A stretch of DNA of 64,000 nt. Source: Candidatus Zhuqueibacterota bacterium. GTDB taxonomy: Bacteria; Zhuqueibacterota; Zhuqueibacteria; Oceanimicrobiales; Oceanimicrobiaceae. Each line of letters begins with the position of its first letter. Positions within the stretch are counted from its first letter, which is position 1. Below are positions 20,223 to 30,135 of the stretch, piece after piece. Below the pieces are notes generated by a model, which saw nothing but the letters and a program-made list of their open reading frames with translations, was not told where the DNA came from and did no database searches. Location: contig JAJDAD010000036.1 in assembly GCA_029262055.1 (NCBI GenBank), forward strand, positions 26,772 through 90,771. The letters are read 5' to 3'. The position numbers and the translations under genes are program-made.

Positions 20223-21020
20223 ATGAAAGGTAAAGTTTTGGTAGTCGTACTCGCGGTTTTGATCGTCCATGTTTTCGCGTGGGCGCTGGCGGCTCAGGAG
20301 GAGGAGGACAAGAGTCCCAACAAGATGTTTATAATTCATGAGGATGTGGTAAAGCCTTCTATGGTTGCCGAATATGAGAAGGCGACCAAAGGTCTCCAGG
20401 AAGCCCTCGGCAAACATGGGATGACTAACCTTAAGAACGTAGTCGTTCAGAATGACGAGATGGTGTATTCCTACGTTTCGGAAGTGCCAAATATGGCCGC
20501 CCTGGATGAACGGCCCTTTGCGGAATTGCGCAAAAAAATGGGGGCGGAAGCATTTGATGCCATGTTTGACGAATATGCGGGCACTTATGTCTCTCATAGA
20601 GATTACATGATGACTCTACGGCCGGGCCTATCCTACACTCCTGAAGGAGCCGCTGATTCCGGTGAGATGAATTTTCGGCATTTTGACATGGCCCATTTCA
20701 ATCCGAGCAAGGATGATGAGGCACGCGAGCTAGCCAAGGAATGGGTGACGCTGTATGAAAACAAAAAGTCACCTATGGGATTCAGAACGTACACTGGTGG
20801 CATTGGAACAAACACGCCCTTCTACATGTGGGTTTCATGGGCCAAAGATGCAGCCGATTTCTATGCGCAGAATGCAAAGAACAGGGAGTTGCTCGGCGAG
20901 GCGGGTGATGATCTGTGGGAGCGCAGTCTGGCGATCACAGATAAATTCGAACACAACAACGGCCGCATTCGTCCGGATCTTTCCTATCTGCCGAAGGAAG
21001 AAGAGATGACGGCTAAGTAA
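20223..21020 (+). CDS. Secreted hypothetical protein, probably two tandem alpha/beta-barrel-like domains
   Basis: GAGAGGT RBS, signal peptide, two half-repeats each ending (L/I)RP(G/D)LSY. Confidence 0.75.
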   Translation: MKGKVLVVVLAVLIVHVFAWALAAQEEEDKSPNKMFIIHEDVVKPSMVAEYEKATKGLQEALGKHGMTNLKNVVVQNDEMVYSYVSEVPNMAALDERPFAELRKKMGAEAFDAMFDEYAGTYVSHRDYMMTLRPGLSYTPEGAADSGEMNFRHFDMAHFNPSKDDEARELAKEWVTLYENKKSPMGFRTYTGGIGTNTPFYMWVSWAKDAADFYAQNAKNRELLGEAGDDLWERSLAITDKFEHNNGRIRPDLSYLPKEEEMTAK

Positions 21021-21038
21021 GGCCCTGCCGAAAACCGT

Positions 21039-21076
21039 AAGGCGGTCTATCTCTTCGGAGGTGGACCGCCTTTTTT
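21039..21076 (+). terminator. Rho-independent terminator
   Basis: AAGGCGGTCTATCTC-TTCG-GAGGTGGACCGCCTTTTTT. Confidence 0.8.
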
Positions 21077-21164
21077 GTCCCACCCTAATTGTTTTCTGTT
21101 CATCTTTCTGGTTGAAGCGAGTTGCTTTTTCAAGACTCTTTTATATATTCTAATATTCCAAATA

Positions 21165-22295
21165 ATGAGTGAATCGAATATGCCTGAAATGAAGGAGTTG
21201 ACTCCCTCGCAGCGTACCCTGCTGGGCCCCGGTCCCAGCAATGTTCATCCCCGTGTATACCGCGCCCTCTCCACGCCCATAGTAGGACATCTGGACCCGG
21301 AGTTCCTGGTGCTGATGAACGAGATACAGGAACAATTGCGGCAACTCCTGCAAACCAGAAACAAGCTGACCATCGCGATTTCCGGCACCGGCAGCGCCGG
21401 GATGGAGGCTGCGTTGACCAATGTGGTGGAACCTGTTGACAACATTATTGTCGGGGTGAACGGCGTGTTTGGCAATCGTATTTCCGATATCGTTGTCCGC
21501 TGTGGCGCCAATCCGATCCAGATCAAGGAGCAGTGGGGCAAAAGCATCGACCTGCAAAAAATTGAAGACGCCCTCAAACAGGCTGGAAAAGTGAAGGCCG
21601 TCGCGCTGGTGCATGCTGAAACCTCCACCGGCGTTTGGCAGCCACTGGCCGAAGCCGGGGCGCTTTGCGAAAAATATGGCGCGCTGCTGATCGTGGACGC
21701 AGTGACTTCCCTGGGTGGCGTGCCGGTGAAGGTGGACGAGTGGAAAATCGATATCTGCTACAGCGGGACCCAGAAGTGCCTGAGTTGTCCGCCAGGACTG
21801 GCGCCAATCACGTTCAGTGAAAGGGCGTTGGCAGTCGCCCGCGAACGGACGACCAGGATTCGGAGCTGGTACCTCGATCTGACCATGATCGCCGACTACT
21901 GGAGCGACAGCTCGCGGGCATACCATCATACCGCCCCCATCAGTATGAATTACGCCCTGCGCGAAGCTTTGCGCCTGGTGCATGAAGAAGGGCTGGAGGC
22001 GCGCTGGCAACGGCATCGCCGCAACAGCCTGGAACTGCTGCGCGGACTGGCTGCCCTGAACCTGCATCCGTTCGTCGACAAAGAGATTCGTTTGCCGATG
22101 CTGAATGCCATTACCTTGCCGGAAGGTATCGAAGATGCCACTGTGCGCAAAACGCTGCTGACGGAATATGGCATCGAGATCGGCGGCGGACTGGGGGACC
22201 TGGCGGGAAGAATATGGCGCATTGGTCTGATGGGAGAATCGAGCACACGGGCAAACGTAGTGTACTTACTTGCTGCACTAAAAGATATACTGTAA
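21165..22295 (+). CDS. Alanine-glyoxylate/serine-pyruvate aminotransferase (class V PLP)
   Basis: LLGPGPS, HAETSTG, VDAVTSLGG, SGTQKCLSCPPG, YHHT; start 21165 or 21180. Confidence 0.93.
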   Translation: MSESNMPEMKELTPSQRTLLGPGPSNVHPRVYRALSTPIVGHLDPEFLVLMNEIQEQLRQLLQTRNKLTIAISGTGSAGMEAALTNVVEPVDNIIVGVNGVFGNRISDIVVRCGANPIQIKEQWGKSIDLQKIEDALKQAGKVKAVALVHAETSTGVWQPLAEAGALCEKYGALLIVDAVTSLGGVPVKVDEWKIDICYSGTQKCLSCPPGLAPITFSERALAVARERTTRIRSWYLDLTMIADYWSDSSRAYHHTAPISMNYALREALRLVHEEGLEARWQRHRRNSLELLRGLAALNLHPFVDKEIRLPMLNAITLPEGIEDATVRKTLLTEYGIEIGGGLGDLAGRIWRIGLMGESSTRANVVYLLAALKDIL

Positions 22296-22316
22296 CGGCC
22301 ACTTTCAACAGGGAGA

Positions 22317-22517
22317 ATGGCTATGGAACACATACACGATACAACGCAGATTACCTGTCCACACTGTGGAGAGCCCAATGAGATTTACATCGATTATTCC
22401 GGAGGCCGGAACCAAATCTATGATGAAGATTGCCAGGTCTGCTGCCGGCCATGGGAGGTGCATGTACAGTTTGTGGACAATGAACCGCAAGTGACCGTCG
22501 TTCGCAACAATGAGTAG
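22317..22517 (+). CDS. CPXCG-motif small Zn-ribbon protein
   Basis: CPHCGE..EDCQVCCRP; GGGAG RBS. Confidence 0.85.
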   Translation: MAMEHIHDTTQITCPHCGEPNEIYIDYSGGRNQIYDEDCQVCCRPWEVHVQFVDNEPQVTVVRNNE

Positions 22518-22534
22518 ATGGTGCCCGGGTAGAA

Positions 22535-23260
22535 GTGGCTGATAGAATCTTGCTGCAACAATCTGAACCGACTGTCGCTGCCAATCCGCCACGTCAGCGA
22601 ATCAGCGCGTACGAAGGTCTCTATGTCCTGTTTATGGCAGTGTTCGTGACGTTTGTCCTGCTTACGAACACTGTGGGCGTCAAGTTGTTCGAGGCCTTTG
22701 GCCTGGTGTTGCCGGTCAGCATTATCTGGTTTCCTTTGACTTTTTTGATCACCGATATCGTGTCGGAAATGTACGGCACCCGGCGCGCGCAATTCCTGGT
22801 GCTCACCGGATTCCTGATGAGCTTGCTGCTGCTGGGATTTTCGCTCATCGGAATTCACCTGCCGGTTTCCGGTGTCTATCCCTTGCAGCAAGACTACGAG
22901 CATATTTTTGGGCCGGTCTGGCGCCTTCTTTTTGGCTCTATGGCTGCTTATCTTCTGGCGCAAATGATCGATGTGCGGCTCTTTCATTTCTGGAAGCGCT
23001 TAACCCGGGGGAAACATCTTTGGTTGCGTAACAATGCGTCTACAATGTTCTCACAATTCGTCGATACATTCACGGTCAACACGATTTTTTTGTATAAGAA
23101 CCCTACCGTTTTTACCGGCAGCCCTGGCGACCTGATGCAAATAATCCTGGGCGTCTATTTGCTGAAGGTAGCGATCGCGGCCCTGGATACACCGTTGTGC
23201 TATCTCGGCGTCTGGCTGGTTGAACGGATGACCGGCGTACGCGGGCGCGACATCTCCTGA
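22535..23260 (+). CDS. Queuosine precursor transporter (YhhQ/VUT family)
   Basis: FPLTFLITDIVSEMYG, SMAAYLLAQMID, LWLRNNASTMFSQFVDT. Confidence 0.9.
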   Translation: MADRILLQQSEPTVAANPPRQRISAYEGLYVLFMAVFVTFVLLTNTVGVKLFEAFGLVLPVSIIWFPLTFLITDIVSEMYGTRRAQFLVLTGFLMSLLLLGFSLIGIHLPVSGVYPLQQDYEHIFGPVWRLLFGSMAAYLLAQMIDVRLFHFWKRLTRGKHLWLRNNASTMFSQFVDTFTVNTIFLYKNPTVFTGSPGDLMQIILGVYLLKVAIAALDTPLCYLGVWLVERMTGVRGRDIS

Positions 23261-23303
23261 AAAACGGTCTACTCTATTTTATTTAACCCAAATTGACATA
23301 CCC

Positions 23304-25754
23304 ATGCGCATTTTGAAATTTGGCGGTTCATCCATCGCCACTCCTGAGCGAATACAATCCGTCGCAGCGATCATCGCGGCCACGTACAAGACTGAAAAAG
23401 TGGCGGTTGTCGTATCCGCATTCGGGGGTGTGACTGACAAGTTGATCATGCTTGGCAATATGGCGGCATCCGGCCAATCGGGTTACGCGACGATTCTCAC
23501 CGACCTGAAGTCACAGCATCTGCGGACCATTGAGGAACTCATTCAGGACAACCGGCGCGAACGGGTGCTTTTGGTTTTTGAGTCAAAGTTTGCTGCGTTG
23601 CAGGAGTTTATCAAGGGCGTTTTTCTGCTACGCGAACTGTCACCACGCATTTATGATTCGGTTGTCAGCTACGGCGAACGTTTGTCCGCCTTTATCGTGA
23701 GCGAGTGCCTGCAGTCGAGAGCCATTGAGTCGGAATATCTGCGCGCCAGCGACCTGCTGAGAACCGACGATCACTTTGGCGACGCAAACGTCGACTTTCA
23801 AGCGACAAACAGAAACATCCGGCGCTACTTTTCCAAGCACCCGGCGCTGCAGGTCATCACCGGATTTATTGCGGCAACCGGCGACGGCGAGACCACGACG
23901 CTCGGCCGCAGTGGTTCCGATTACACCGCAGCCATTTTCGCGGCAGCGCTTGCGGCCTCCGTGATCGAAATCTGGACTGATGTCAACGGCGTGATGACTT
24001 CCGACCCGAGGGTTGTGCCCGCAGCTTTTTCGATCGACACAATGAGTTATGAAGAGGCGATGGAGATGTCACATTTCGGCTCGAAGGTGATTCATCCAAA
24101 AGCCATGCAGCCCGCTTTGGAGGCGGGCATTCCTCTGCAGATCAAAAATACATTTAAGCCGGGTTTTGCCGGGACGGTCATTTCAACCCGCGCAAGCGAC
24201 AAGACCTTTACCATCACCGGATTGTCGTCGATAGATGAAATCGCTTTGTTACGAGTGCATGGTAGTGGCATGCTCGGCGTGACGGGCATCTCCAGCAGAT
24301 TGTTCCGCTCGTTAGCCCAGGAACAGATCAATGTCGTCCTGATCACCCAGGGATCTTCGGAACACTCCATCTCGTTTGCTGTGCGACCGGAAGTGGCTGC
24401 GCGCGCCCGCAAAGCTATCGAGCTGGAGTTTTCACTGGAGTTGCAGACGCATCAAATCGAACCTGTCGTTGTCGAAAATGACCTGGCGGTGATTGCTGTC
24501 GTTGGCGAGAAGATGCGTGGCATCCCGGGTATTGCCGCTAAAATTTTTGGAGCACTGGCGCAAATCGGGGTTAACGTAGTCGCGATCGCGCAAGGTTCAT
24601 CCGAATTGAATATCTCGACTGTGGTCGCCAGGGAGGATCGTGCGGCCGCCTTGCAGGGGATTCATTCGGCTTTTTTCGGCCTGGAACAGAAGACGCTCCA
24701 CCTTTTTATGGTGGGCCCCGGACTGGTAGGCTCAAAGCTGATCGAGCAGATAGACAGCCACCAAAAGGATCTTTCCGGGCAACTCGGTGTCAGTGTGCGG
24801 TTGAGCGGTTTAGCGAATAGCAAAAAAATGTATTTCGACGAGCAGGGGATCGAATTATCGAAATGGCGGGAAACGCTAGATGGTTCGCAGGCAACAAATG
24901 AGCTGGGGGAATTTGTAACTGGCATGAAAGGCGGGCGCAAGGCCAATCGTATTTTCGTAGATTGCACCGCGAGCGATGAGACCAGCGCATTGTATCCGGA
25001 AATTTTGGCCTCTGGCATCTCTGTCGTCACACCTAACAAACGGGCCAACTCCGGTAGCTATGGAATGTATCGTGAGTTGCAGAGCTGCGCCGCCAGAGGA
25101 CGTTCCAGCTACCTGTACGAGACAACGGTCGGTGCCGGCCTGCCTGTGCTCAGCACCATACGCGACCTGATTCGTTCCGGCGACAAGATCCGGAGAATCG
25201 AGGCGATGGTATCGGGGACGCTTAGTTACATTTTCAACTCGCTTGACGGCTCGACGACCTTCAGCGAGATCGTCCGGACAGCGCAGGCCAGGGGCTACAC
25301 GGAGCCCGATCCGCGCGAGGACCTTGGCGGCATGGATTTTTTGCGAAAGATGGTGATCATGGCGCGCGAAATCGGGCTACCGATGGAGTGCAATGATGTA
25401 GCGCTGCAACAAATCCTTCCCGAGGCATGCCACAAAACGCCGTCGGTGGCAGCCTTTTTCCTTGAGTTAGAGAAATCAGATAAGCATTTTGAGGAACTGC
25501 GTGCTGCAGCCGCAGCTCAAGATAAGAAGCTGCGCTACCTGGGCACGCTGGCAGATTGCAAGGCGACCGTTGCATTGCAGGCAGTCGATTCCGGGCATCC
25601 ATTCTATGCGATGACCGGGATGGAGAGCATTGTTGCCATCACATCCGATCGCTACCGGCAGAGTCCACTGGTCGTACGCGGCCCTGGCGCCGGGGCCGAG
25701 GTGACGGCAGCGGGCGTTTTTGCAGATATTGTGCGGATCGCAACCTATGCCTGA
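23304..25754 (+). CDS. thrA: Bifunctional aspartate kinase / homoserine dehydrogenase I
   Basis: KFGGSS, TTLGRSGSDY, two ACT domains, GPGLVG, YETTVGAGLP, GPGAGAEVTA. Confidence 0.96.
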   Translation: MRILKFGGSSIATPERIQSVAAIIAATYKTEKVAVVVSAFGGVTDKLIMLGNMAASGQSGYATILTDLKSQHLRTIEELIQDNRRERVLLVFESKFAALQEFIKGVFLLRELSPRIYDSVVSYGERLSAFIVSECLQSRAIESEYLRASDLLRTDDHFGDANVDFQATNRNIRRYFSKHPALQVITGFIAATGDGETTTLGRSGSDYTAAIFAAALAASVIEIWTDVNGVMTSDPRVVPAAFSIDTMSYEEAMEMSHFGSKVIHPKAMQPALEAGIPLQIKNTFKPGFAGTVISTRASDKTFTITGLSSIDEIALLRVHGSGMLGVTGISSRLFRSLAQEQINVVLITQGSSEHSISFAVRPEVAARARKAIELEFSLELQTHQIEPVVVENDLAVIAVVGEKMRGIPGIAAKIFGALAQIGVNVVAIAQGSSELNISTVVAREDRAAALQGIHSAFFGLEQKTLHLFMVGPGLVGSKLIEQIDSHQKDLSGQLGVSVRLSGLANSKKMYFDEQGIELSKWRETLDGSQATNELGEFVTGMKGGRKANRIFVDCTASDETSALYPEILASGISVVTPNKRANSGSYGMYRELQSCAARGRSSYLYETTVGAGLPVLSTIRDLIRSGDKIRRIEAMVSGTLSYIFNSLDGSTTFSEIVRTAQARGYTEPDPREDLGGMDFLRKMVIMAREIGLPMECNDVALQQILPEACHKTPSVAAFFLELEKSDKHFEELRAAAAAQDKKLRYLGTLADCKATVALQAVDSGHPFYAMTGMESIVAITSDRYRQSPLVVRGPGAGAEVTAAGVFADIVRIATYA

Positions 25755-25814
25755 TGGTCGCAACTGAGAAAACAACAAGAAGGATTCATTGTCAACGAAC
25801 CAACCCGGTAACTC

Positions 25815-26864
25815 ATGCAGGTGAATAAAAACAAAATCCCGGTCGGCATTTTGGGTGCCACCGGCAGTGTCGGGCAGAAATTTGTTCAGCTTCTCGCCGA
25901 CCATCCTATATTTGAAGTAGCGGCGGTTGCTGCATCGGAAAGGTCGCAGAACAAACGCTATCACGAAGCCGCAAACTGGTTTATGCCAACTGCCATTCCG
26001 GAGCAGGTTGCAAAGCAGACAGTGCGTGCCTGCGTGCCTGACCTGCCGTGCCGGATTGTGTTTTCGGGGCTGGACGCAAATGTTGCAGGAGAAATAGAGC
26101 AGGCGTTTGCCCGTGCCGGCTACCTGGTGGTCTCCAACGCGCGCAATCACCGCATGCAGGCCGATGTGCCGCTGCTCATTCCGGAGGTAAATGCCGACCA
26201 TCTTGCGCTTCTGCAAATGCAGAACCTTGGGCGCGGTGGCATCGTGACCAATCCAAACTGCTCGACCATCGGTTTGACCATGGCCCTCAAACCGTTGCAT
26301 GACCGGTTTGGGATTGAATCCGTGCATGTCGTCACCATGCAAGCGCTTTCCGGGGCCGGATACCCCGGTGTAGCCAGCCTGGATATCCTCGACAATGTCA
26401 TTCCCTTTATCGGAGGTGAAGAAGAGAAGATGGAAAGTGAGCCGCTCAAACTGCTCGGCACCATGACTGCTGACGGTGTGAAACCTGCCGATTTCGCCAT
26501 CAGTGCACAGTGCAACCGGGTGGGGGTCAGCGACGGGCACCAGGAAAGTGTTTCCGTGAAGTTGTCGGGCGAGCCTTCTGCCGAAGAGGTCATCGCGGCC
26601 TGGCAACAGTTTACTGCCGAACCGCAGACCCTGGCCCTGACCAGCGCCCCAAAACAGCCGGTTCACTATTTCCATGAAGATAACTACCCGCAGCCCAAGC
26701 TACATCGTGAGCTGGAGAATGGCATGGCGGTGAGTGTCGGGCGTTTACGTGCGTGCAAGGTGCTGGATTACAAATTTGAGCTTCTCGTTCACAACACGAT
26801 TCGTGGGGCAGCGGGGTGCGCCATTTTGAATGCGGAGTTGATGGTGGCCAGGCGGCTGGTGTAA
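25815..26864 (+). CDS. asd: Aspartate-semialdehyde dehydrogenase (archaeal/eukaryote-like subtype)
   Basis: GILGATGSVGQ, NPNCST, QALSGAGYPG, HNTIRGAAG. Confidence 0.95.
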   Translation: MQVNKNKIPVGILGATGSVGQKFVQLLADHPIFEVAAVAASERSQNKRYHEAANWFMPTAIPEQVAKQTVRACVPDLPCRIVFSGLDANVAGEIEQAFARAGYLVVSNARNHRMQADVPLLIPEVNADHLALLQMQNLGRGGIVTNPNCSTIGLTMALKPLHDRFGIESVHVVTMQALSGAGYPGVASLDILDNVIPFIGGEEEKMESEPLKLLGTMTADGVKPADFAISAQCNRVGVSDGHQESVSVKLSGEPSAEEVIAAWQQFTAEPQTLALTSAPKQPVHYFHEDNYPQPKLHRELENGMAVSVGRLRACKVLDYKFELLVHNTIRGAAGCAILNAELMVARRLV

Positions 26865-27052
26865 AACCGCCTCAGCGAATGCCATTCTTTGAAGTCATGA
26901 CAAAAGCCGCCGGAATCAGAACCACCAGGCGCCAATTGCTCTTTCTTTTCATTTCAAAGTTCCTTGCTTTTTTAGGACAAAATAACTACCGTTGAAGATG
27001 TTTAACGACGTCTTGACATCTTTTCAACACAGGTCGGAGGAGCTTTAGCCGC

Positions 27053-28000
27053 ATGACATTCGATTCAAAATACTGGGCGGTTATTCTGGGCGGCTCCAGT
27101 GGCTTCGGATTAGCAACGGCTCAAAAGCTGAGTCGTCACGGCATGAATATCTGCATCGTGCACCGTGATCGTAAAGGCGCGATGAAACGAATCGAACCGG
27201 AGTTTGATGCTATCCGGAAGACGGGTGTTGAACTGCGCACTTTTAACGTCAACGCGCTTTCCCAGGAGGGCATGTCTACGGTCGTGGACGACCTGACCGC
27301 AGTACTCAGCGCTTCCGGCGGGAGAGTGCGGATGCTCTTGCATAGCATCGCTTACGGTAATCTTAAACTGTTGGCGCCGATTCCGGACGAAAAAGCTGAA
27401 GCGCACAATGCAAGAATAGGACAGTTGGCAGAGCGGTTAGGGGTCGATGCCGGCAAGGTCCAGACAGTTATTGATGAGCTGTTCGAGGCAGGCACGGAAG
27501 CTCTTGCCGGCGTTGCCACACCGGCTGTTTACAAAAATGAAGATTTACTTCACGATGAAGATTTTGCCCTTACTGTTTTTAGTATGGGTACGAGCCTGGC
27601 CTCCTGGGTACATGAAATCTGGCAGCGGGACCTTTTTTGCGCGGATGCCCGGATCCTCGGCCTGACCAGTGAGGGCAATGAAGTTGCCTGGCGTGGGTAT
27701 GCTGCGGTCTCGGCAGCAAAAGTTGCACTCGAGGCGGTTGCCCGTTCCATTGCGGTTGAGTATGCCCCTTACGGTCTGCGTGCCAACATCGTACAAGCCG
27801 GTGTTACGGACACCCCGGCTTTGCGTTTGATACCAGGGAATCAGCACTTGCAGGCTGCTGCAAAAATGCGGAATCCATTTAACCGAATTACTACCCCAAA
27901 AGATGTCGCCAATTTTGTCTACCTGATGTGCCTGGATGAAGCTGCCTGGTTGACCGGCAATATCATCCGAGTAGACGGCGGCGAACACATCTCGGGCTAA
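27053..28000 (+). CDS. SDR enoyl-ACP reductase-like (FabL/FabI-type) with internal insertion
   Basis: GGSSGFG, Y-x6-K (YAAVSAAK), AGVTDT, VDGG; GGAGG RBS. Confidence 0.8.
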   Translation: MTFDSKYWAVILGGSSGFGLATAQKLSRHGMNICIVHRDRKGAMKRIEPEFDAIRKTGVELRTFNVNALSQEGMSTVVDDLTAVLSASGGRVRMLLHSIAYGNLKLLAPIPDEKAEAHNARIGQLAERLGVDAGKVQTVIDELFEAGTEALAGVATPAVYKNEDLLHDEDFALTVFSMGTSLASWVHEIWQRDLFCADARILGLTSEGNEVAWRGYAAVSAAKVALEAVARSIAVEYAPYGLRANIVQAGVTDTPALRLIPGNQHLQAAAKMRNPFNRITTPKDVANFVYLMCLDEAAWLTGNIIRVDGGEHISG

Positions 28001-28048
28001 CCAGGGACGGCAAGCCAGTAGAAAGCTCGCAGGAAATAAGGTAGAGTA

Positions 28049-29062
28049 TTGATCACGGGTACCGTTTTTATCCACGGGATGGGCCATTCGCATCCCGAAA
28101 ACATCATCGATAACAAGTTTCTAGAAGAACTTGATATCGGCACCAATGACAAGTGGATCATGGAGCGCGTCGGTATCCAAACCCGGCGCACCGTCCTGCC
28201 GCTGGACTACATCAAAGAGACCCGCAACCGGGACACGCGGGCGGCGGTCGATGCCGCCCAGGTGAGCAATGCCGAGACTGGCAAGATTGCGGCGGAAGTA
28301 GCTATTGCAAATGCCGGAATCAGTAGCGCTGATATCGGCATGGTCATCGCTGGTGGCTGCTCACCGGACACCGTCACGCCGGCAGAAGCTTGCAGCATTG
28401 CGGCGGCGTTGGAAATCGAATGTGAGTCCTTTGATCTGAACTCTGCCTGCTCCAGCTTTGGCGCCCAAATGCACTTCCTGGCGCGCATGCGACCGGAGTC
28501 TTTGCCGGAGTACATATTGTTGGTGTCGCCAGAAAACAACACGCGTACCATCGATTACAGTGATAGAAATACGGCTGTTCTTTGGGGTGATGGCACCAGC
28601 GCTGCCGTTGTCTCGACCCGGGTGCCGGCCGCGGCCCAAGCTGTTTTTCAGACCCTCACCTCCAGTCCGAAAGGCTGGGACAAAGTGGTGATCCCGCGGC
28701 AGGGGCATTTCAGCCAGGAAGGGCCGACGGTGCAGACATTTGCGATCAAGCGTACGGTGAAGTGCTATCGCCAGATCAGAGAGCGATACACGGATAATAC
28801 GCCTGGGCTTTATTTCGTCGGTCATCAGGCCAACCTGCGAATGCTGCAATCGGTTTGTGAGCGTAGCGAAATCCCGGAAGACCGGCATATGTTCAATGTC
28901 GATGTTTTCGGAAATACCGGTGCTGCCGGCGCTCCGGTAGTATTGAGCCAAAACTGGCGTCGTTTCAAAGCTGGTGATGTACTGGCACTGATTGTAGTCG
29001 GCGCCGGTCTGACCTGGTCAAGCATGGCAATTGAATTTGTGAATACCAACGGTTCCGTCTGA
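28049..29062 (+). CDS. fabH: 3-oxoacyl-ACP synthase III
   Basis: Catalytic triad NSACS, GHQAN, GNTG. Confidence 0.88.
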   Translation: MITGTVFIHGMGHSHPENIIDNKFLEELDIGTNDKWIMERVGIQTRRTVLPLDYIKETRNRDTRAAVDAAQVSNAETGKIAAEVAIANAGISSADIGMVIAGGCSPDTVTPAEACSIAAALEIECESFDLNSACSSFGAQMHFLARMRPESLPEYILLVSPENNTRTIDYSDRNTAVLWGDGTSAAVVSTRVPAAAQAVFQTLTSSPKGWDKVVIPRQGHFSQEGPTVQTFAIKRTVKCYRQIRERYTDNTPGLYFVGHQANLRMLQSVCERSEIPEDRHMFNVDVFGNTGAAGAPVVLSQNWRRFKAGDVLALIVVGAGLTWSSMAIEFVNTNGSV

Positions 29063-29064
29063 AG

Positions 29065-29664
29065 ATGCAACTGACCTACAAAGAATTTCTGGAGCGGGAC
29101 CATTTCAGCAAGCAGGAACTGCTGGCCATTGCCTACGGACGTCTGGTCAGTGACCCGCCTGATGAGTTTGTTCGCCTGCCGACGCCACCGATGTTGATGG
29201 TAGATCGCGTGGTCGATGTTACCAGAAATGGCAAGCGCGGATTCATCGCCGGCGAACAAGATGTTGAGCTGGATGACTGGTTTTTTCAATGTCATTTTGA
29301 CTCGGACCCCGTGCAACCCGGGTGTCTGGGTGTCGATGCCATCTGGCAATTACTTGGCTTTTACTGCGGTTGCTGCGGTAGTGTCGGGCGTGGGCGTGCT
29401 TTGGGCTGTAAAGAAGTCTCGTTTGAAGGCCAGATACGTCCACATAATAAGCTGGTGCGCTACGAAATTGAAGTGCGGCGCTACACCGTCCTGCAGGGCG
29501 GGCATTCCTCGCTGATCATCGGCAGCGGCAGAGTGATTGTCGACAACGAGCTTATTTACACTGTTACCGACGCGAAGGTGGGTGTGTTCACCGGAATAGG
29601 ATACCCGGACTACCCGCACAAATCGGGGAACGCCGTCGGCGGCATCATGCGGCGGGACCTTTAG
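29065..29664 (+). CDS. fabA: FabA-type 3-hydroxyacyl-ACP dehydratase/isomerase
   Basis: LPTPPMLMVDR, WFFQCHFDSDPVQPGCLGVD (His/Asp dyad), GRGRALG. Confidence 0.9.
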   Translation: MQLTYKEFLERDHFSKQELLAIAYGRLVSDPPDEFVRLPTPPMLMVDRVVDVTRNGKRGFIAGEQDVELDDWFFQCHFDSDPVQPGCLGVDAIWQLLGFYCGCCGSVGRGRALGCKEVSFEGQIRPHNKLVRYEIEVRRYTVLQGGHSSLIIGSGRVIVDNELIYTVTDAKVGVFTGIGYPDYPHKSGNAVGGIMRRDL

Positions 29665-29676
29665 GGAGTTTTAGAA

Positions 29677-30135
29677 ATGCAGACGCTGTCGAAAGCAGAG
29701 GTTTTAGCGATGGTGCCGCAGCAGCGCCCGTTTCGATTTATCGACGAAATCACGGAGCTGGATGACGAACACATTGTCTCAATCTATACTTTTCGGCCGG
29801 ATGAGTCATTTTACGAAGGCCATTTCCCGGGTAACCCGATCACACCAGGTGTGATTTTGCTGGAGACCCTGGCGCAAACAAGTGTCGTGGCTTTCGGGAT
29901 TTACCTTGCTTCAAAGGTGATGCCGAAAGAGGATATTTTGCAGTTGCTGACGCTCTTCACGGAAGCGGATGTCGAGTTTTCCGGCATGGTCAGACCCGGT
30001 GACCTTGTGACGGTGCGCGCAAAGAAATTGTATTTCAGGAGATTCAAAATCAAAGTAGAAGCCGAGTTGCTGCTTGCAGACGGATCCGTAGCCTGCAGCG
30101 GTAGCATCGCTGGAATGGGAGTCAAGCAGACATGA
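29677..30135 (+). CDS. fabZ: FabZ-type dehydratase
   Basis: PQQRPFRFID, GHFPGNPITPGVILLE (His/Glu dyad). Confidence 0.85.
   Translation: MQTLSKAEVLAMVPQQRPFRFIDEITELDDEHIVSIYTFRPDESFYEGHFPGNPITPGVILLETLAQTSVVAFGIYLASKVMPKEDILQLLTLFTEADVEFSGMVRPGDLVTVRAKKLYFRRFKIKVEAELLLADGSVACSGSIAGMGVKQT

Noticed and set aside
22500..22535. preQ1 riboswitch before the YhhQ gene
   Set aside because: Only 17 nt separate it from the upstream CDS; no aptamer consensus.
25476..26675. Long antisense ORFs (also 21150-22067, 2499-3320, 13020-13796)
   Set aside because: Shadow frames of well-supported genes in GC-rich DNA; no motifs.
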